A DNA stretch of 64,000 nucleotides from an uncultured Verrucomicrobiae bacterium (GTDB taxonomy: Bacteria; Verrucomicrobiota; Verrucomicrobiia; Limisphaerales; Palsa-1400), in NCBI GenBank assembly GCA_963702845.1, contig OY969763.1:1440001-1504000 (forward strand), read 5' to 3'. Shown here one piece after another: positions 12,805 to 23,420 of this stretch. A program made the position numbers and the translations under genes. A model generated the notes under the pieces. The model searched no databases. It was not told where the DNA came from and saw nothing but the letters and a program-made list of their open reading frames with translations. Within the stretch, counting starts at the first letter, position 1. Every line of letters begins with the position of its first letter.

Positions 12805-13841
12805 ATGAAAATTCAAATTTCGCACTTACTGCAGAAGTTTGGCGCTGGAGACTGCTTGGAGTTCATTTACCGGCGGTTGCAACAAAGTCTTCGGATTCCG
12901 CGGCGTCCGGCTAGCAGCGCGCAAGGGCAAAAAAGTCACGATCGCGCTGATGCCCAAGAGCAAAGGCAACGCCTACTTTATCTCCTGTAAAAACGGCGCG
13001 GACAAAGCCGCCAAGGAACTTGGGGTTGATCTGGTGTTTGATGGGCCGACCGATCCCGATCCCGCCAAGCAAAACGAAATCATCGAAAACTGGATCACAC
13101 TTGGCGTCGATGGCATTGCTGCCGCGTGCGAAAATAAAGAAGGCATTTCCACCGCGCTGCCGCAAAGCAAAGACAAAAGGGCATCAAAGTTATCACCTAT
13201 GATGCGGACGCGCTTCCCGATGCTCGCGACTTCTTCGTGAATCAGGCCACTCCTGAAGGCATCGGTTTCACACTGATGGACGAAGCCGGCGCGCCTGTGC
13301 AATGACCAGGGCGAATTCGCCATCATCACCGCGAGCCTGACTGCCGCGAACATGATCGAGTGGCAAAAATACATTGAGCAACGCCGCAGTGGAAAAGTAT
13401 CCGAACATGAAAATGGTCGCGCTTCGTCCCTGCGATGATTTGAAAGACAAGGCGCAAAGCGAAGCCACCTCACTGATGAGCGCGAATCCGAATCTCAAAC
13501 TCATCATGGCCATCTGCTCGCCGGCCGTTCCTGGCGCTGCGGAAGCCGTGAAGCAGGCTGGCAAAGCAGGGCAGGTGAAGGTCATCGGTCTCGGCCTGCC
13601 TTCCGAAAATCGTCGCTACGTCAAAGAAGGCGTGACCGACAGCGTCATTCTTTGGAAGACCGAAGACCTCGGTTACCTTACTATCCGCGCGGCCAAAGCT
13701 CTCGTCGACGGCGATTTGAAACCCGGCGCTACTAGTTTCAATGCTGGTCCACTCGGCACGATCGAGATCAAAGGCGACAACATCCTTCTCGGCAAGCCTT
13801 TCATATTCAATAAAGACAACATCGACCAGTTTAATTTCTGA
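12805..13841 (+). CDS. sugar ABC transporter substrate-binding protein (RhaS/LsrB-like), several indels
   Basis: IALMPKSKGNAYF, GPTDPDPAKQNEII, VITYDAD and ILWKTEDLGYL fragments in different frames; start uncertain. Confidence 0.8.
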
Positions 13842-13876
13842 ACTAACTGTTATTTGCGCGTTCGTTTGCGCACGGG

Positions 13877-14969
13877 CTACTTCAATGCATTTAAAAGATG
13901 ATGCAGAAAGGCTGCGTTGTCGCATTGCAAATAGTGCATCGCTCCGCCCATGCGCGAATAACTTTTGCAGAAACGCAGGTAATACGCTGGATTGGTCTTG
14001 GGCGGTTCGCCCTTGGTCCAATCCCAATTGCCGCCGTCCTGAAGGTCGACGACGTAAATGTTGTGGTCACGCACGATTGAGCGTTTCGCCTGCAATCGCA
14101 GATTGTTCACGCAACTCAGGCTCTTTTCGAATACTTGCGGGCCCATGATCGCCGAACCGACCGACAGACACGACTCCGCCATCGAGTTTTTCCACAGCGT
14201 CGCCGAAAATCCGAAAATCAATTCCGGCAGCTCGCCCGAGCGCAGCGCCGTTGAACATCGGGTGATTGGAAATGATGTCGTAACCAATTCCCGGATGCAC
14301 GGTCAGCGGTATTCGCAATTTGAAACTCTGCGCGAGGATGCTGGTCGATTTGTGCGGATGCTTTACTTCGTAGCGCCCGGGTACCAATTGATGCGTCACC
14401 ATGGCCTGCAACAGTTCAGCGCGAGCGGGCGCGAGCGGATGGCGTGGATCGGCTTTGAGCAATTGTTCCAAGGCGTCTGCCTGGGGAAGAACGGTGCCGT
14501 CTTCGGAAACAAACTTGCCCAGACTGCTGCCGAACCCAAGCGCCTCGAGCGCGCCGGTTAAAACCGCCAGTTGGATATTACGGCCCGTTTCGTCCCAGGT
14601 GCCGAAGGTGCCGGTTGCGACATTTTTCTGAACGCTCTCGGTCGAAACACCGGCAAACGCAAATTCCCAATCGTGGATGATGCCCGCGCCATTCGTGGCG
14701 AGATGTGTGATCCAACCATGTTCCATCAAGCGAATCACGATGTTGGCCGCGCCGTTCTTAACTAAATGCGCGCCGTAAATCAGCATTACCGACGCTTTCT
14801 TGTCGCGCGCGGCTTTGATGTTCTTTGCGCACTCTGCGATCCGGGAAACGTTCGACGGCTCAATCGCTCCGGCTTTCGAGTCAGGATCAATGAGAATGTC
14901 GCTCAGTCGCGCATCGGAGACGCGTTGCGACAAGGGATAAACTTTCAGCTTTGTGAGGTCCAGTGGCAT
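13877..14969 (-). CDS. conserved hypothetical protein, possibly deoxyhypusine-synthase-like fold; +1 indel near 14168
   Basis: MLIYGAHLVKNG, HLATNGAGIIHDWE and TVHPGIGYDI, continuing as LSVGSAIMGPQVFEK in the next frame. Confidence 0.7.
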
Positions 14970-15116
14970 TGATTTCGGCCAAACATTTTCTGGCCAGTTA
15001 ACGGTGTTTGCAGTAAATGTCAATCGCTGCCATTTCTTTGGCTGCGAGAGGCGAAGGCCTCAGGAGGAACAAGCGAAGCTTGAATACCAACATCCGCGAA
15101 GAGGCACACACGTAAC

Positions 15117-16001
15117 ATGCCAGACATTGTAACAAAAACGAACGCCGTGATTGTGGTCAGCTCGGAAACCGCCGAGAAGGCGAAACCGTTCATTCAAAGG
15201 GTTTTCGAGTATCTACAGCACAATTCCGACAAGCTGCTGGCGGGACTTTTCATCGTCATCATTGGAGTGATCATTTCGCGGTCCATCGCGAAAGTGATGA
15301 ATCGTGCCCTCGAACGGCGTTTGCTCGATCCGCCGTTGCGCATGTTGCTCGTGCGTCTGGCCCGTTACGGCACGTTGGCGATTGCGCTCGTTATTGCTCT
15401 CGAAACGTGCGGTTTCAACATGACCGCGCTCATCGCCGGTATTTCTGTCGCTGGTGTCGGTGTCGGCATCGCGATGCAGGGGTTGCTGAGCAATATCATC
15501 GCGGGATTCACGATTATTTTCACCAAGCCTTTTCGTGTTGGTGAATACGTCGCCATTCTGAATTGCAATGGCGTGGTCGGCAGCATCGAGTTGACGACGA
15601 CGACTCTGCTTAAGCCGGATACGTCCGTCATCGTGATTCCGAATCACAAAATCATCGGCGAAATTCTGCAAAATTACGGTGTCATCCGGCAGTTGGATTT
15701 AAGCGTAGGTGTCTCTTACTCCACCGATTTGAATCGTGCCCAGGCGTTGATTCAGGAAATTCTACGATGCAATTCGCGTGTGTTGCGCGAGCCCGGGCCC
15801 GCAGTGTTGGTGACGGGGATGGGGGATTCGGCCATTACGATTGCGATCAAGCCTTTCGTTAAATTGCAAGACTGTGGCGCGGCCATGACCGAGCTGAATC
15901 AGACGATCGTTGAAAAATTCCGCGCCGGTAATATTGAAATTCCATTTCCACAGCGGGAAATTCGTGTTTTGAATTCCGACGGGAATACGATAAAGAACTG
16001 A
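15117..16001 (+). CDS. mscS: small-conductance mechanosensitive channel (MscS family)
   Basis: GIAMQGLLSNIIAG, KPFRVGE, IPN and IEIPFPQRE motifs. Confidence 0.9.
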   Translation: MPDIVTKTNAVIVVSSETAEKAKPFIQRVFEYLQHNSDKLLAGLFIVIIGVIISRSIAKVMNRALERRLLDPPLRMLLVRLARYGTLAIALVIALETCGFNMTALIAGISVAGVGVGIAMQGLLSNIIAGFTIIFTKPFRVGEYVAILNCNGVVGSIELTTTTLLKPDTSVIVIPNHKIIGEILQNYGVIRQLDLSVGVSYSTDLNRAQALIQEILRCNSRVLREPGPAVLVTGMGDSAITIAIKPFVKLQDCGAAMTELNQTIVEKFRAGNIEIPFPQREIRVLNSDGNTIKN

Positions 16002-16010
16002 GGACGAATT

Positions 16011-16078
16011 ACCGCAGAAGGACGGACTCAGAGTAAAAAAGCCCGGCTACCCTCTGTGTTCTCTGAGCCTCTGTGGTT
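16011..16078. repeat. imperfect palindromic intergenic element
   Basis: ACCGCAGA...CTCAGAG / CTCTGAG...TCTGTGGT; similar to the element at 55022-55089. Confidence 0.5.
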
Positions 16079-16090
16079 TCGTCACTGACC

Positions 16091-17164
16091 ATGAACGCCA
16101 CAGACCATCAAACCAGCCGTCGCACCTTTTTAAAATCCGCCGCTCTCGCCACGGGCGCGCTCGCTCTTGCTCCTGCGGGGTTCGCGGACGCTCCAAAGAA
16201 GCTTAATGTCAAACTCGGCCTCGATAACTTCTCCGTGCGCGCGATGAAGTGGAATGCTTCGCAATTAATAGACTACGCCGCGAAGCTGAAGACCGATTCT
16301 CTGTTCCTGACGGACCTCGATTGTTACGAAAACTTCAACGACGACTACTTGCGCGATTTGAAGAAAAAGGCGGATGACCTCGGTCTGCAGATCCACGTTG
16401 GTTCCTGGAGCATTTGTCCGACGGCGAAAGTATTTAAGAAAAAGTGGGGCACCGCCGAGGAACACGTCGCTCTCGGGATCCGTTTGGCAAAAGCGCTCGG
16501 TTCGCCTGTTTTTCGCTGCGTGCTTGGGACCGGCGAGGATCGCTTTAGCCAGGGCGGCATCGAAGCGCGCATTGCCGATACCGTGCAGGTTTGTCGCGCC
16601 AGTCGCAGCCGTGCGATGGATGCCGGCGTGAAGATCGCGATCGAAAACCACGCTGGCGATATGCAATCGTGGGAACTCGTCCAATTGATCGAAGAGGCCG
16701 GCAAAGATTACGTGGGTGCCAATATCGATTCCGGTAACGCCTGTTGGACGATGGAAGACCCGCTGCAAAATCTGGAAGTGCTTGCTCCTTATGTTGCGAC
16801 GACCAGCCTGCGCGATTCGATGGTGTGGGAATCGGCCAATGGCGCAACCGTTCAGTGGACGGCGATGGGTGAGGGGAACGTGGATGTGAAAACCTACTTC
16901 AACCGCTTCGCCGAACTGTGTCCCGGCATCCCTGTTCACATTGAAACCATCTCCGGCTTCTCGCGCGAAACGCCTTACCTGAAGCAGGATTTCTGGAAGG
17001 TTTGGCCCAAGGTGCCGGCCAAGAACTTCGCCCGTTTCCTGGCGTTGGCTAAAACCGGTAAGCCGTTGCCGGGCGCAAACGCCAATGATCCTGCGTATCA
17101 ACGGGATCAGATTGAACGAAGTCTCAAGTACTGCAAAGAAGGCCTGGGGCTCGGGCTCAAATAA
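16091..17164 (+). CDS. Tat-exported sugar phosphate isomerase/epimerase (AP endonuclease 2 TIM-barrel family)
   Basis: SRRTFLKS Tat motif; AIENHAGD, NIDSGN and GEGNVD motifs. Confidence 0.85.
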   Translation: MNATDHQTSRRTFLKSAALATGALALAPAGFADAPKKLNVKLGLDNFSVRAMKWNASQLIDYAAKLKTDSLFLTDLDCYENFNDDYLRDLKKKADDLGLQIHVGSWSICPTAKVFKKKWGTAEEHVALGIRLAKALGSPVFRCVLGTGEDRFSQGGIEARIADTVQVCRASRSRAMDAGVKIAIENHAGDMQSWELVQLIEEAGKDYVGANIDSGNACWTMEDPLQNLEVLAPYVATTSLRDSMVWESANGATVQWTAMGEGNVDVKTYFNRFAELCPGIPVHIETISGFSRETPYLKQDFWKVWPKVPAKNFARFLALAKTGKPLPGANANDPAYQRDQIERSLKYCKEGLGLGLK

Positions 17165-17182
17165 TCAGCGGTAAAACTGGGT

Positions 17183-17413
17183 TTAGTAGAGCGGTCTGAC
17201 GGTACGGCTTCGTTTTCCTCGAGTTGTGGCGCGGCAAACGGCCAGCGTCAATACCATCAAACCAGCCACGCCAAACAAGACAAGCACCAGCGGACCCATT
17301 AAGGTCCGGAGTTCTTCGATTGCGGGGAAAGCAAACACGCACAGCAAGGCCGCCGCACCCCATGCCATCCCGATTGAAATCCGTTCGGGTTCGGTTCGTC
17401 GTGAAGGATTCAT
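17183..17413 (-). CDS. small two-helix membrane protein (hypothetical)
   Basis: 76 aa with two hydrophobic stretches and a basic tail; ATG start. Confidence 0.5.
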   Translation of the reverse strand: MNPSRRTEPERISIGMAWGAAALLCVFAFPAIEELRTLMGPLVLVLFGVAGLMVLTLAVCRATTRGKRSRTVRPLY

Positions 17414-17619
17414 AACTTACTAGATCGTTTAGGGGTCATTACTTATCAAGACAGAGATAACCATGAATTGTGCCAAGCTATTTAGGAGAATCGCCAGTCG
17501 TGCTATCCTGTATCTTACAGCAGTAATTTCATTCCTTTCTTTCAGTAATCCTCCCGATTGTTGACTGTGGCCGAACAAGTCACAATCGGTTTACAAAGGA
17601 GTCCGGGACCGAGGAAGAC

Positions 17620-19542
17620 ATGAGAAGGGTATACGGTTTGCTGTTATTGGTGATCGGTTTGTGGGTGCGATTGGGGTATGCCGATACGCGCAGCCACGCC
17701 GTTGAATTGTGGGCATCCGTTCAGGAATCCCCGCCGCAGATTACTTTACAGTGGCGCAATAATTGGGAAGGGCTGTCCTATTATGTACAGCGAAAGTCCA
17801 AGACCGATACACAATGGACTGACGTCGCGGTGCTGAATTCCGGCACCACGACTTTTACTGACAGCAATGTCAGCATCGGAAGCGCCTACGAATATGCAGT
17901 AATAGAATATCCACCCGATGATTTTCCACATACCGGGTATATCTATGCTGGCATTAGGGCGTCATTGCAGGATCAGCGTGGGAAAATCATTCTTCTGGTC
18001 GACAACACCTACACTTCTCCCCTTGCAACTGAACTCGAACGTTTGCAACAGGACCTGACCGGCGACGGCTGGATCGTGCTCCGGCACGACGTCTCGCGGA
18101 CGGACACGGCACCGCACATAAAATCGCTTGTCCAGGCTGACTACACCGCCGACCCACAAAACGTCCAGGCGCTCTTCCTGCTGGGCCATGTGCCTGTGCC
18201 GTATTCAGGTGATTACAATGCGGACGACCATCCGGATCATACGGGTGCCTGGGTCGCAGATCCGTATTACGGGGATATGGATGGCAGTTGGACGGACAGC
18301 ACGGTCAGATATACAACTTCGACACGCGTTGCAAACCGTAATATCCCGGGGGACGGGAAGTTTGACCAGACGTTAATCCCTGGAACTGTGCGGCTTGAGA
18401 TTGGTCGCGTTGATTTGTCCAACCTGCCCGCGTTTGCTCCGCTGACGGATATCGACTTAACCCGAGCGTATCTAAACAAAGATCACTCGTTCCGGACGGG
18501 GGGGCTGGTGCTACAAAAGCGTTCGCTGCTCTTCGACGATTTCGGGGAAGCTGACGGCGAAGCCTACGCGGCCAGCGGTTGGCGCAATTTTGCGCCGCTG
18601 CTTGGACCGTCCAGCACCACCGAAATCGGCGAAAACCAATTCTTTAACTACGTGGGAAATCAGGATTACCTCTGGAGTTACGTCTGTGGGGGAGGAGATC
18701 CCGATTACACCGACTGTTATAACTTCGGCGAAACAGGCGATTTTGTTTCGAACCAATGCAAAACAATTTTCCTGATGTTTTTTGGAAGCTACTTTGGCGA
18801 TTGGGATGCGACGAACGATATCTTTCGTTCTGCCCTTGGTTCCGGTGACATTCTTACCGTAGCATGGGCTGGCCGGCCGCATTGGTTTTTTCACCACATG
18901 GGATTGGGAGAGGCGATTGGCTATAGCGCGCGGCTGGTTCAAAACAATACCGGCCTATACCAACCGACGAACTTCTGCCGTGAAGTTCATGTTTCGCTTT
19001 TGGGCGACCCGACCTTGCGCATGCAAATCGTGCAACCACCCAGCGGACTTACTGCGACAACGAATGGCGCCTACGTGAACTTGAAATGGAATGCGTCGTC
19101 TGATTCGAGTTTGCTTGGCTATCACGTTTACCGCGCGAGCAACGCCAATGGGCCTTTTACCCGTCTCACAACGTCGCCGGGTTCAGCGCTGTCATTTCAG
19201 GATTCGCCGGGAACCGGCACCTACACCTACATGGTGCGCGCAATTAAGTTGGAAAGCGGGTATAGCGGGAGTTTCACGAATGCGAGCGAAGGAATCTTCA
19301 CGAGTGCCAGTGCGATTGTCCCGGCTACGCCTGTGTCCATTTCGCAACCAAAGTGGAGTGCAAATGAGGTCTCGTTTTTGTGCAGTGGTCAGCCCGGCGA
19401 GAAATTCGTAGTCGAGCGTAGCCCGGATTTGAAACAATGGAGCGCTATCGCGACGAATGTGCTGACCAGTTCGAACCTGCAATTTACCGATACGCGCCCG
19501 GTTTCCGCCGAATCTTCCTATCGCACGCGACTGACCCAGTAA
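17620..19542 (+). CDS. secreted fibronectin-III-domain protein with a possible C25/gingipain-like core
   Basis: Signal peptide; N- and C-terminal FN3-like segments; FLLGHVPVPYSG, EIGRVD and LGDPTL; C-terminal VERSPDLKQW...FTD...YR domain. Confidence 0.75.
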   Translation: MRRVYGLLLLVIGLWVRLGYADTRSHAVELWASVQESPPQITLQWRNNWEGLSYYVQRKSKTDTQWTDVAVLNSGTTTFTDSNVSIGSAYEYAVIEYPPDDFPHTGYIYAGIRASLQDQRGKIILLVDNTYTSPLATELERLQQDLTGDGWIVLRHDVSRTDTAPHIKSLVQADYTADPQNVQALFLLGHVPVPYSGDYNADDHPDHTGAWVADPYYGDMDGSWTDSTVRYTTSTRVANRNIPGDGKFDQTLIPGTVRLEIGRVDLSNLPAFAPLTDIDLTRAYLNKDHSFRTGGLVLQKRSLLFDDFGEADGEAYAASGWRNFAPLLGPSSTTEIGENQFFNYVGNQDYLWSYVCGGGDPDYTDCYNFGETGDFVSNQCKTIFLMFFGSYFGDWDATNDIFRSALGSGDILTVAWAGRPHWFFHHMGLGEAIGYSARLVQNNTGLYQPTNFCREVHVSLLGDPTLRMQIVQPPSGLTATTNGAYVNLKWNASSDSSLLGYHVYRASNANGPFTRLTTSPGSALSFQDSPGTGTYTYMVRAIKLESGYSGSFTNASEGIFTSASAIVPATPVSISQPKWSANEVSFLCSGQPGEKFVVERSPDLKQWSAIATNVLTSSNLQFTDTRPVSAESSYRTRLTQ

Positions 19543-19544
19543 CC

Positions 19545-20639
19545 TTAGATCAACTGTTTAACCGCACGCAGCAGCGCGGTCGCTTCAGCATCGGTGCCGA
19601 TGGTGATACGCAGGAAATCTTTCGTCTCAGGATAACGAAACCAACGAACGAGGACTTTTTTCTCACGCAATTTGCCCAGCCATTGTTCCGCGGGGAATTT
19701 CGGCGGACGCGCGAAAATGAAATTCGTTTCGCTCGGCAACACTGTGAACCCGAACTTCGTTAATTCAGACGTAAGTCGGTTCCGTGTCGCGATGACCTTT
19801 TTGAAATTGGCGCGGTAGTAGGGAAGATCGGACAACGTTTCCAGCGCGGCAACCTGCCCAAGTCCATTGACGTTGTAACTGTCCCGTATCTTGTGCAATG
19901 CCGCGATCAATTCTGGATGGCCAACGAAATATCCCACGCGCTGGAAGCACAAGGAATACGCTTTGGAGAACGTGCGCGAGACGATTACATGCGGGTGCTT
20001 CAGAGCCAGTTCCATCGCGTTCTCTTTGGCGAAATCGACGTAAGCTTCGTCGAGGACGACAACGCCGCGCATCGAGCGGCACAGCTTGTCCAACTCCGCC
20101 GTGCTGTATCCGCGTCCGCTGGGGGCATTTGGTGTCGTCACTAATGTCAGAGCCGCGTCAGCTTTCCACGATGCCGGTTTCTTGACCGGAATCTCAAAGT
20201 CCGCTCCAAGCGGGACCGGATTGGTCTGCGCGCCGTGAATGTCCGCGAGCACCGGATAAAGCGAATAACTGGGGGTGAAATACTGCACCACTTCAGCAAG
20301 TTGCGGTCGACGCGACGCGCTAGAAGGCTCGACAAAACATTTAATAGCAAGCGCGAGCAATTCGTCAGAACCATTGCCGATGATGATATTCTCCGTTTTG
20401 CATCGGTGCAATTTCGCCAAACGCTCACGCACCTTCTCAGCCGTGGGATTGGGATAAAGCCGCAAGCGTCCGTCCACCGCCGCTTTCACCGCGCGCAAAA
20501 CTTTTGGGGAAGGCGGATATGGATTCTCGTTCGTATTGAGTTTAATCAGGCCTTTAATCTTCGGCTGCTCGCCGGGGACATAGGCGTGCAGTCGCTCGAC
20601 GAGGGGTCGAATAGGGCTTTTCGAATTGGGAGAGCGCAT
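19545..20639 (-). CDS. hisC: histidinol-phosphate aminotransferase
   Basis: KLNTNENPY, GNGSDE, DEAY and RTFSKAYSL; adjacent to hisD. Confidence 0.93.
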   Translation of the reverse strand: MRSPNSKSPIRPLVERLHAYVPGEQPKIKGLIKLNTNENPYPPSPKVLRAVKAAVDGRLRLYPNPTAEKVRERLAKLHRCKTENIIIGNGSDELLALAIKCFVEPSSASRRPQLAEVVQYFTPSYSLYPVLADIHGAQTNPVPLGADFEIPVKKPASWKADAALTLVTTPNAPSGRGYSTAELDKLCRSMRGVVVLDEAYVDFAKENAMELALKHPHVIVSRTFSKAYSLCFQRVGYFVGHPELIAALHKIRDSYNVNGLGQVAALETLSDLPYYRANFKKVIATRNRLTSELTKFGFTVLPSETNFIFARPPKFPAEQWLGKLREKKVLVRWFRYPETKDFLRITIGTDAEATALLRAVKQLI

Positions 20640-20641
20640 GA

Positions 20642-21940
20642 TCAGCGTTTTGCGATTCGGATTTGGGCCGATTTCCCGTGGGCGTAGAGGCCTTCCATCT
20701 CCGCGAATTTGCTTAGCGCGGGCATTGCTTTATTGAGTGAAGCGCGGTTGTATTCGACGAGGCTGGTGCGGCGTTGGAATTGATCCACGGTTAGACCGCT
20801 GAACGATGCGCCTGCGCCGCCAGTGGGCAACACGTGGCTCGGGCCGGCGATGTAGTCTCCCAGCACTGTCGGCGTAAAATTGCCGACGAAAATGGCGCCA
20901 GCGGTAACGATCTTCGCAACGGTTTTATCGGCGCTGCGCACGACGACCTCGCAATGCTCAGGTGCGATGCGATTCGTCAATTGGACACCCGCATCTACAT
21001 CCTTCACCTGGATAAGCCAACCATTGCTGTCGAGCACGCGCTTGATCGCCTCGCCGCGTTCAGCTTTACTGGCTTGCCGCTCGATCTCCTTTTCAACGGC
21101 GCGAATCAGTTTGGCCGACGGGCTCACCAGCCAAACACGCTCATGGCCGGTGCCGTGTTCAGCCTGGGCCAACATGTCCGCCGCAATGTAGGCGGGGTTA
21201 GCAGTGTCGTCCGCCAGTACCAGCAGCTCGCTCGGGCCCGGCAACAAAGCGATCGAAACGTAGCCGAACAGCAATCGCTTCGCGGCGACCACGTAGGCGT
21301 TACCCGGTCCAAAAATTTTCTGAACCGGACGAATAGTCTCAGTCCCGAGCGCCATCGCTGCAACGGCGTGCGCGCCGCCCACGCGATAAACCTCCGTCGC
21401 GCCCGCAACGCGTGCGGCATAAAGCAGGGCCGGGTTCACTTCACCTTTTGCATTGCAAGGCGTGCAAACCACAATTTCGCGACATCCCGCGACCCGGGCC
21501 AAAGGAATGGTCATCAATGCGGTGGATACCAGAGGTGCATGTCCCGCCGGGATGTAAACACCGACGCGCGTCAAAGGATCAAATTTCTCTCCCACTTTCG
21601 CGCCGTGCGAATTTCTCGCCGACCAGTTCTTGCGCAGCGATTTCTTTGCAAACGCTTCCACGTTCTTCTGCGCTTCGGCGACGGCTTTGCGCAGGCCTTC
21701 GTCCGCCTGCACTGCCGCCGTCATGAACTCGGCCTGCGTCAGCGGAATTTGATCGGGAAAAAGTTTCGCGCGGTCAAAGCGCTCAGTGAATTCCAACAAC
21801 GCCGCATCGCGCCGCTCGCGAACAGCTTCAATGATCGCGCGAGTTTGCTGTTCAATGTTGGGATCAAATAAACTGGACGCCCCAACCAGCGCATCGATTT
21901 GCGCGGCGTAGTTGCGATCCGTATAGCGGGCAGTTTTCAC
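20642..21940 (-). CDS. hisD: histidinol dehydrogenase
   Basis: GPGNAYV, PGPSE, AQAEH, APEH, GDYIAGPSHVLPT and EGLYAH motifs. Confidence 0.95.
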   Translation of the reverse strand: MKTARYTDRNYAAQIDALVGASSLFDPNIEQQTRAIIEAVRERRDAALLEFTERFDRAKLFPDQIPLTQAEFMTAAVQADEGLRKAVAEAQKNVEAFAKKSLRKNWSARNSHGAKVGEKFDPLTRVGVYIPAGHAPLVSTALMTIPLARVAGCREIVVCTPCNAKGEVNPALLYAARVAGATEVYRVGGAHAVAAMALGTETIRPVQKIFGPGNAYVVAAKRLLFGYVSIALLPGPSELLVLADDTANPAYIAADMLAQAEHGTGHERVWLVSPSAKLIRAVEKEIERQASKAERGEAIKRVLDSNGWLIQVKDVDAGVQLTNRIAPEHCEVVVRSADKTVAKIVTAGAIFVGNFTPTVLGDYIAGPSHVLPTGGAGASFSGLTVDQFQRRTSLVEYNRASLNKAMPALSKFAEMEGLYAHGKSAQIRIAKR

Positions 21941-21973
21941 CGGCGAGCAAGCTATGGGAACGCAAACCGATTG

Positions 21974-23269
21974 TCAAAACTGCGCGGTGTCGCGGGCAGG
22001 GGAGGTGGCGGGCGTTTTCCTGAATACACCGAGGAATGATTCGGGCAGCAATCGGATGATATAAATCGTGCCCAGCAGAGTCATCACCCCGCAACAGATG
22101 AACACGCCACCGGGCGTGAGATGTGCGATTGACGTCATGACGTAGTATACACCGGACGCGATGAACACTCCGACAAACGACAACAGGTTCGCAGCCGCTA
22201 ACACTCCGCCTTTTTTATCTTTCTCTGGCCGATGCTGTAACAAAGCCCCAATCGGCACGATGAAAAATCCGGCGAAAAATCCGACGACGATCAATCCTGC
22301 ATCAAACATCCAAAACGTCAGTCCGGGTATTCCGAGCAGAACGGCCAGCACTGTCATGCCGATTGAACCCAGCGGAATCAGCCGTGTTTCAATTTTTCCA
22401 CGCGACAAATAACCTGCGGCCACGCTGCCTATGCCGATACCGATTGCGGCCGATGCCTGCGAATAGCCGTTTTGCGTATCGGCGAGCCTGAGCACGTCTT
22501 TCCCGTAGAGGATGATGTTGAATTGCAGAATGGTGCCGAAAAATGAGAAGTAAGTGTTGCCCAACATTGCCAGCCAAAGCGGCCGGTCTTTATGCATCAG
22601 TTGAATCTGCGTCCAAAGATCGGCCAGAAAATTCGCTCGAAACGGCTTATGCGGCGCGGCTGCGGGAACATGTGAGATTTTGAAACTCAAGGTCAGGCCG
22701 ATGAAGGCGAGTACAATCAAAATCCCACCTGAGTAGCCCTGGCGGCCACGAAACACGTCAGACAAAATCGCGCCCAACGCTGTGCCGAGAATAATTGCGG
22801 TGAATGTTCCGAATTCGATGATCCCGTTGCCCCACGACAGTTTGTTATCCGGCAAGATTTCCGGCAATAAACCATATTTTGACGGGCCAAACAGCGCGCT
22901 ATGCACGCCCATCAGAAACACGCCAGCCAGTTCGATTGGCAGGTTCTTCAACACTAGGCCTAGCGTTGCAAAGCCCATCACGCAAATTTCGAAAACCTTG
23001 ATGCCGATCGTGACCGAGCGCTTGCTGTAGTGATCGGCGAAGTAACCGCCGGTCATGGAAAACACAATGAACGGTAACGCGAACAGCGCCCCGACGATGG
23101 GCACGAGTTTGTCACGCTGACCTTCCGGCAGGCCCATGCCGAGGATGATGAAGATGACAAGATTCTTGAGCGTGCAATCGCTAAACGCACCTTGAAATTG
23201 CGTCGCAATCAAACTCCAAAATCCGCGCTTCCAATGTTTCGGTGGCGTTTCCATTCTCCGCTCTGACAT
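21974..23269 (-). CDS. MFS transporter, LplT/Aas-like
   Basis: TQFQGAFSD, LFALPFIVFS and SALFGPSKYGLLPE motifs; about 12 hydrophobic segments. Confidence 0.82.
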   Translation of the reverse strand: MSERRMETPPKHWKRGFWSLIATQFQGAFSDCTLKNLVIFIILGMGLPEGQRDKLVPIVGALFALPFIVFSMTGGYFADHYSKRSVTIGIKVFEICVMGFATLGLVLKNLPIELAGVFLMGVHSALFGPSKYGLLPEILPDNKLSWGNGIIEFGTFTAIILGTALGAILSDVFRGRQGYSGGILIVLAFIGLTLSFKISHVPAAAPHKPFRANFLADLWTQIQLMHKDRPLWLAMLGNTYFSFFGTILQFNIILYGKDVLRLADTQNGYSQASAAIGIGIGSVAAGYLSRGKIETRLIPLGSIGMTVLAVLLGIPGLTFWMFDAGLIVVGFFAGFFIVPIGALLQHRPEKDKKGGVLAAANLLSFVGVFIASGVYYVMTSIAHLTPGGVFICCGVMTLLGTIYIIRLLPESFLGVFRKTPATSPARDTAQF

Positions 23270-23420
23270 AGCAATACGTCACCGCAGCGCGAAACGGAAA
23301 TTGAAAAGAGAGGAGGTATTATCGAGGAATACGATATGGTGTTCGAAATGCCAAAAAAAGAGCAGGACAGCCTTCCCGGTGGTTGGACCCGTTACATCGT
23401 TACAACCCTGTAAACATTGG

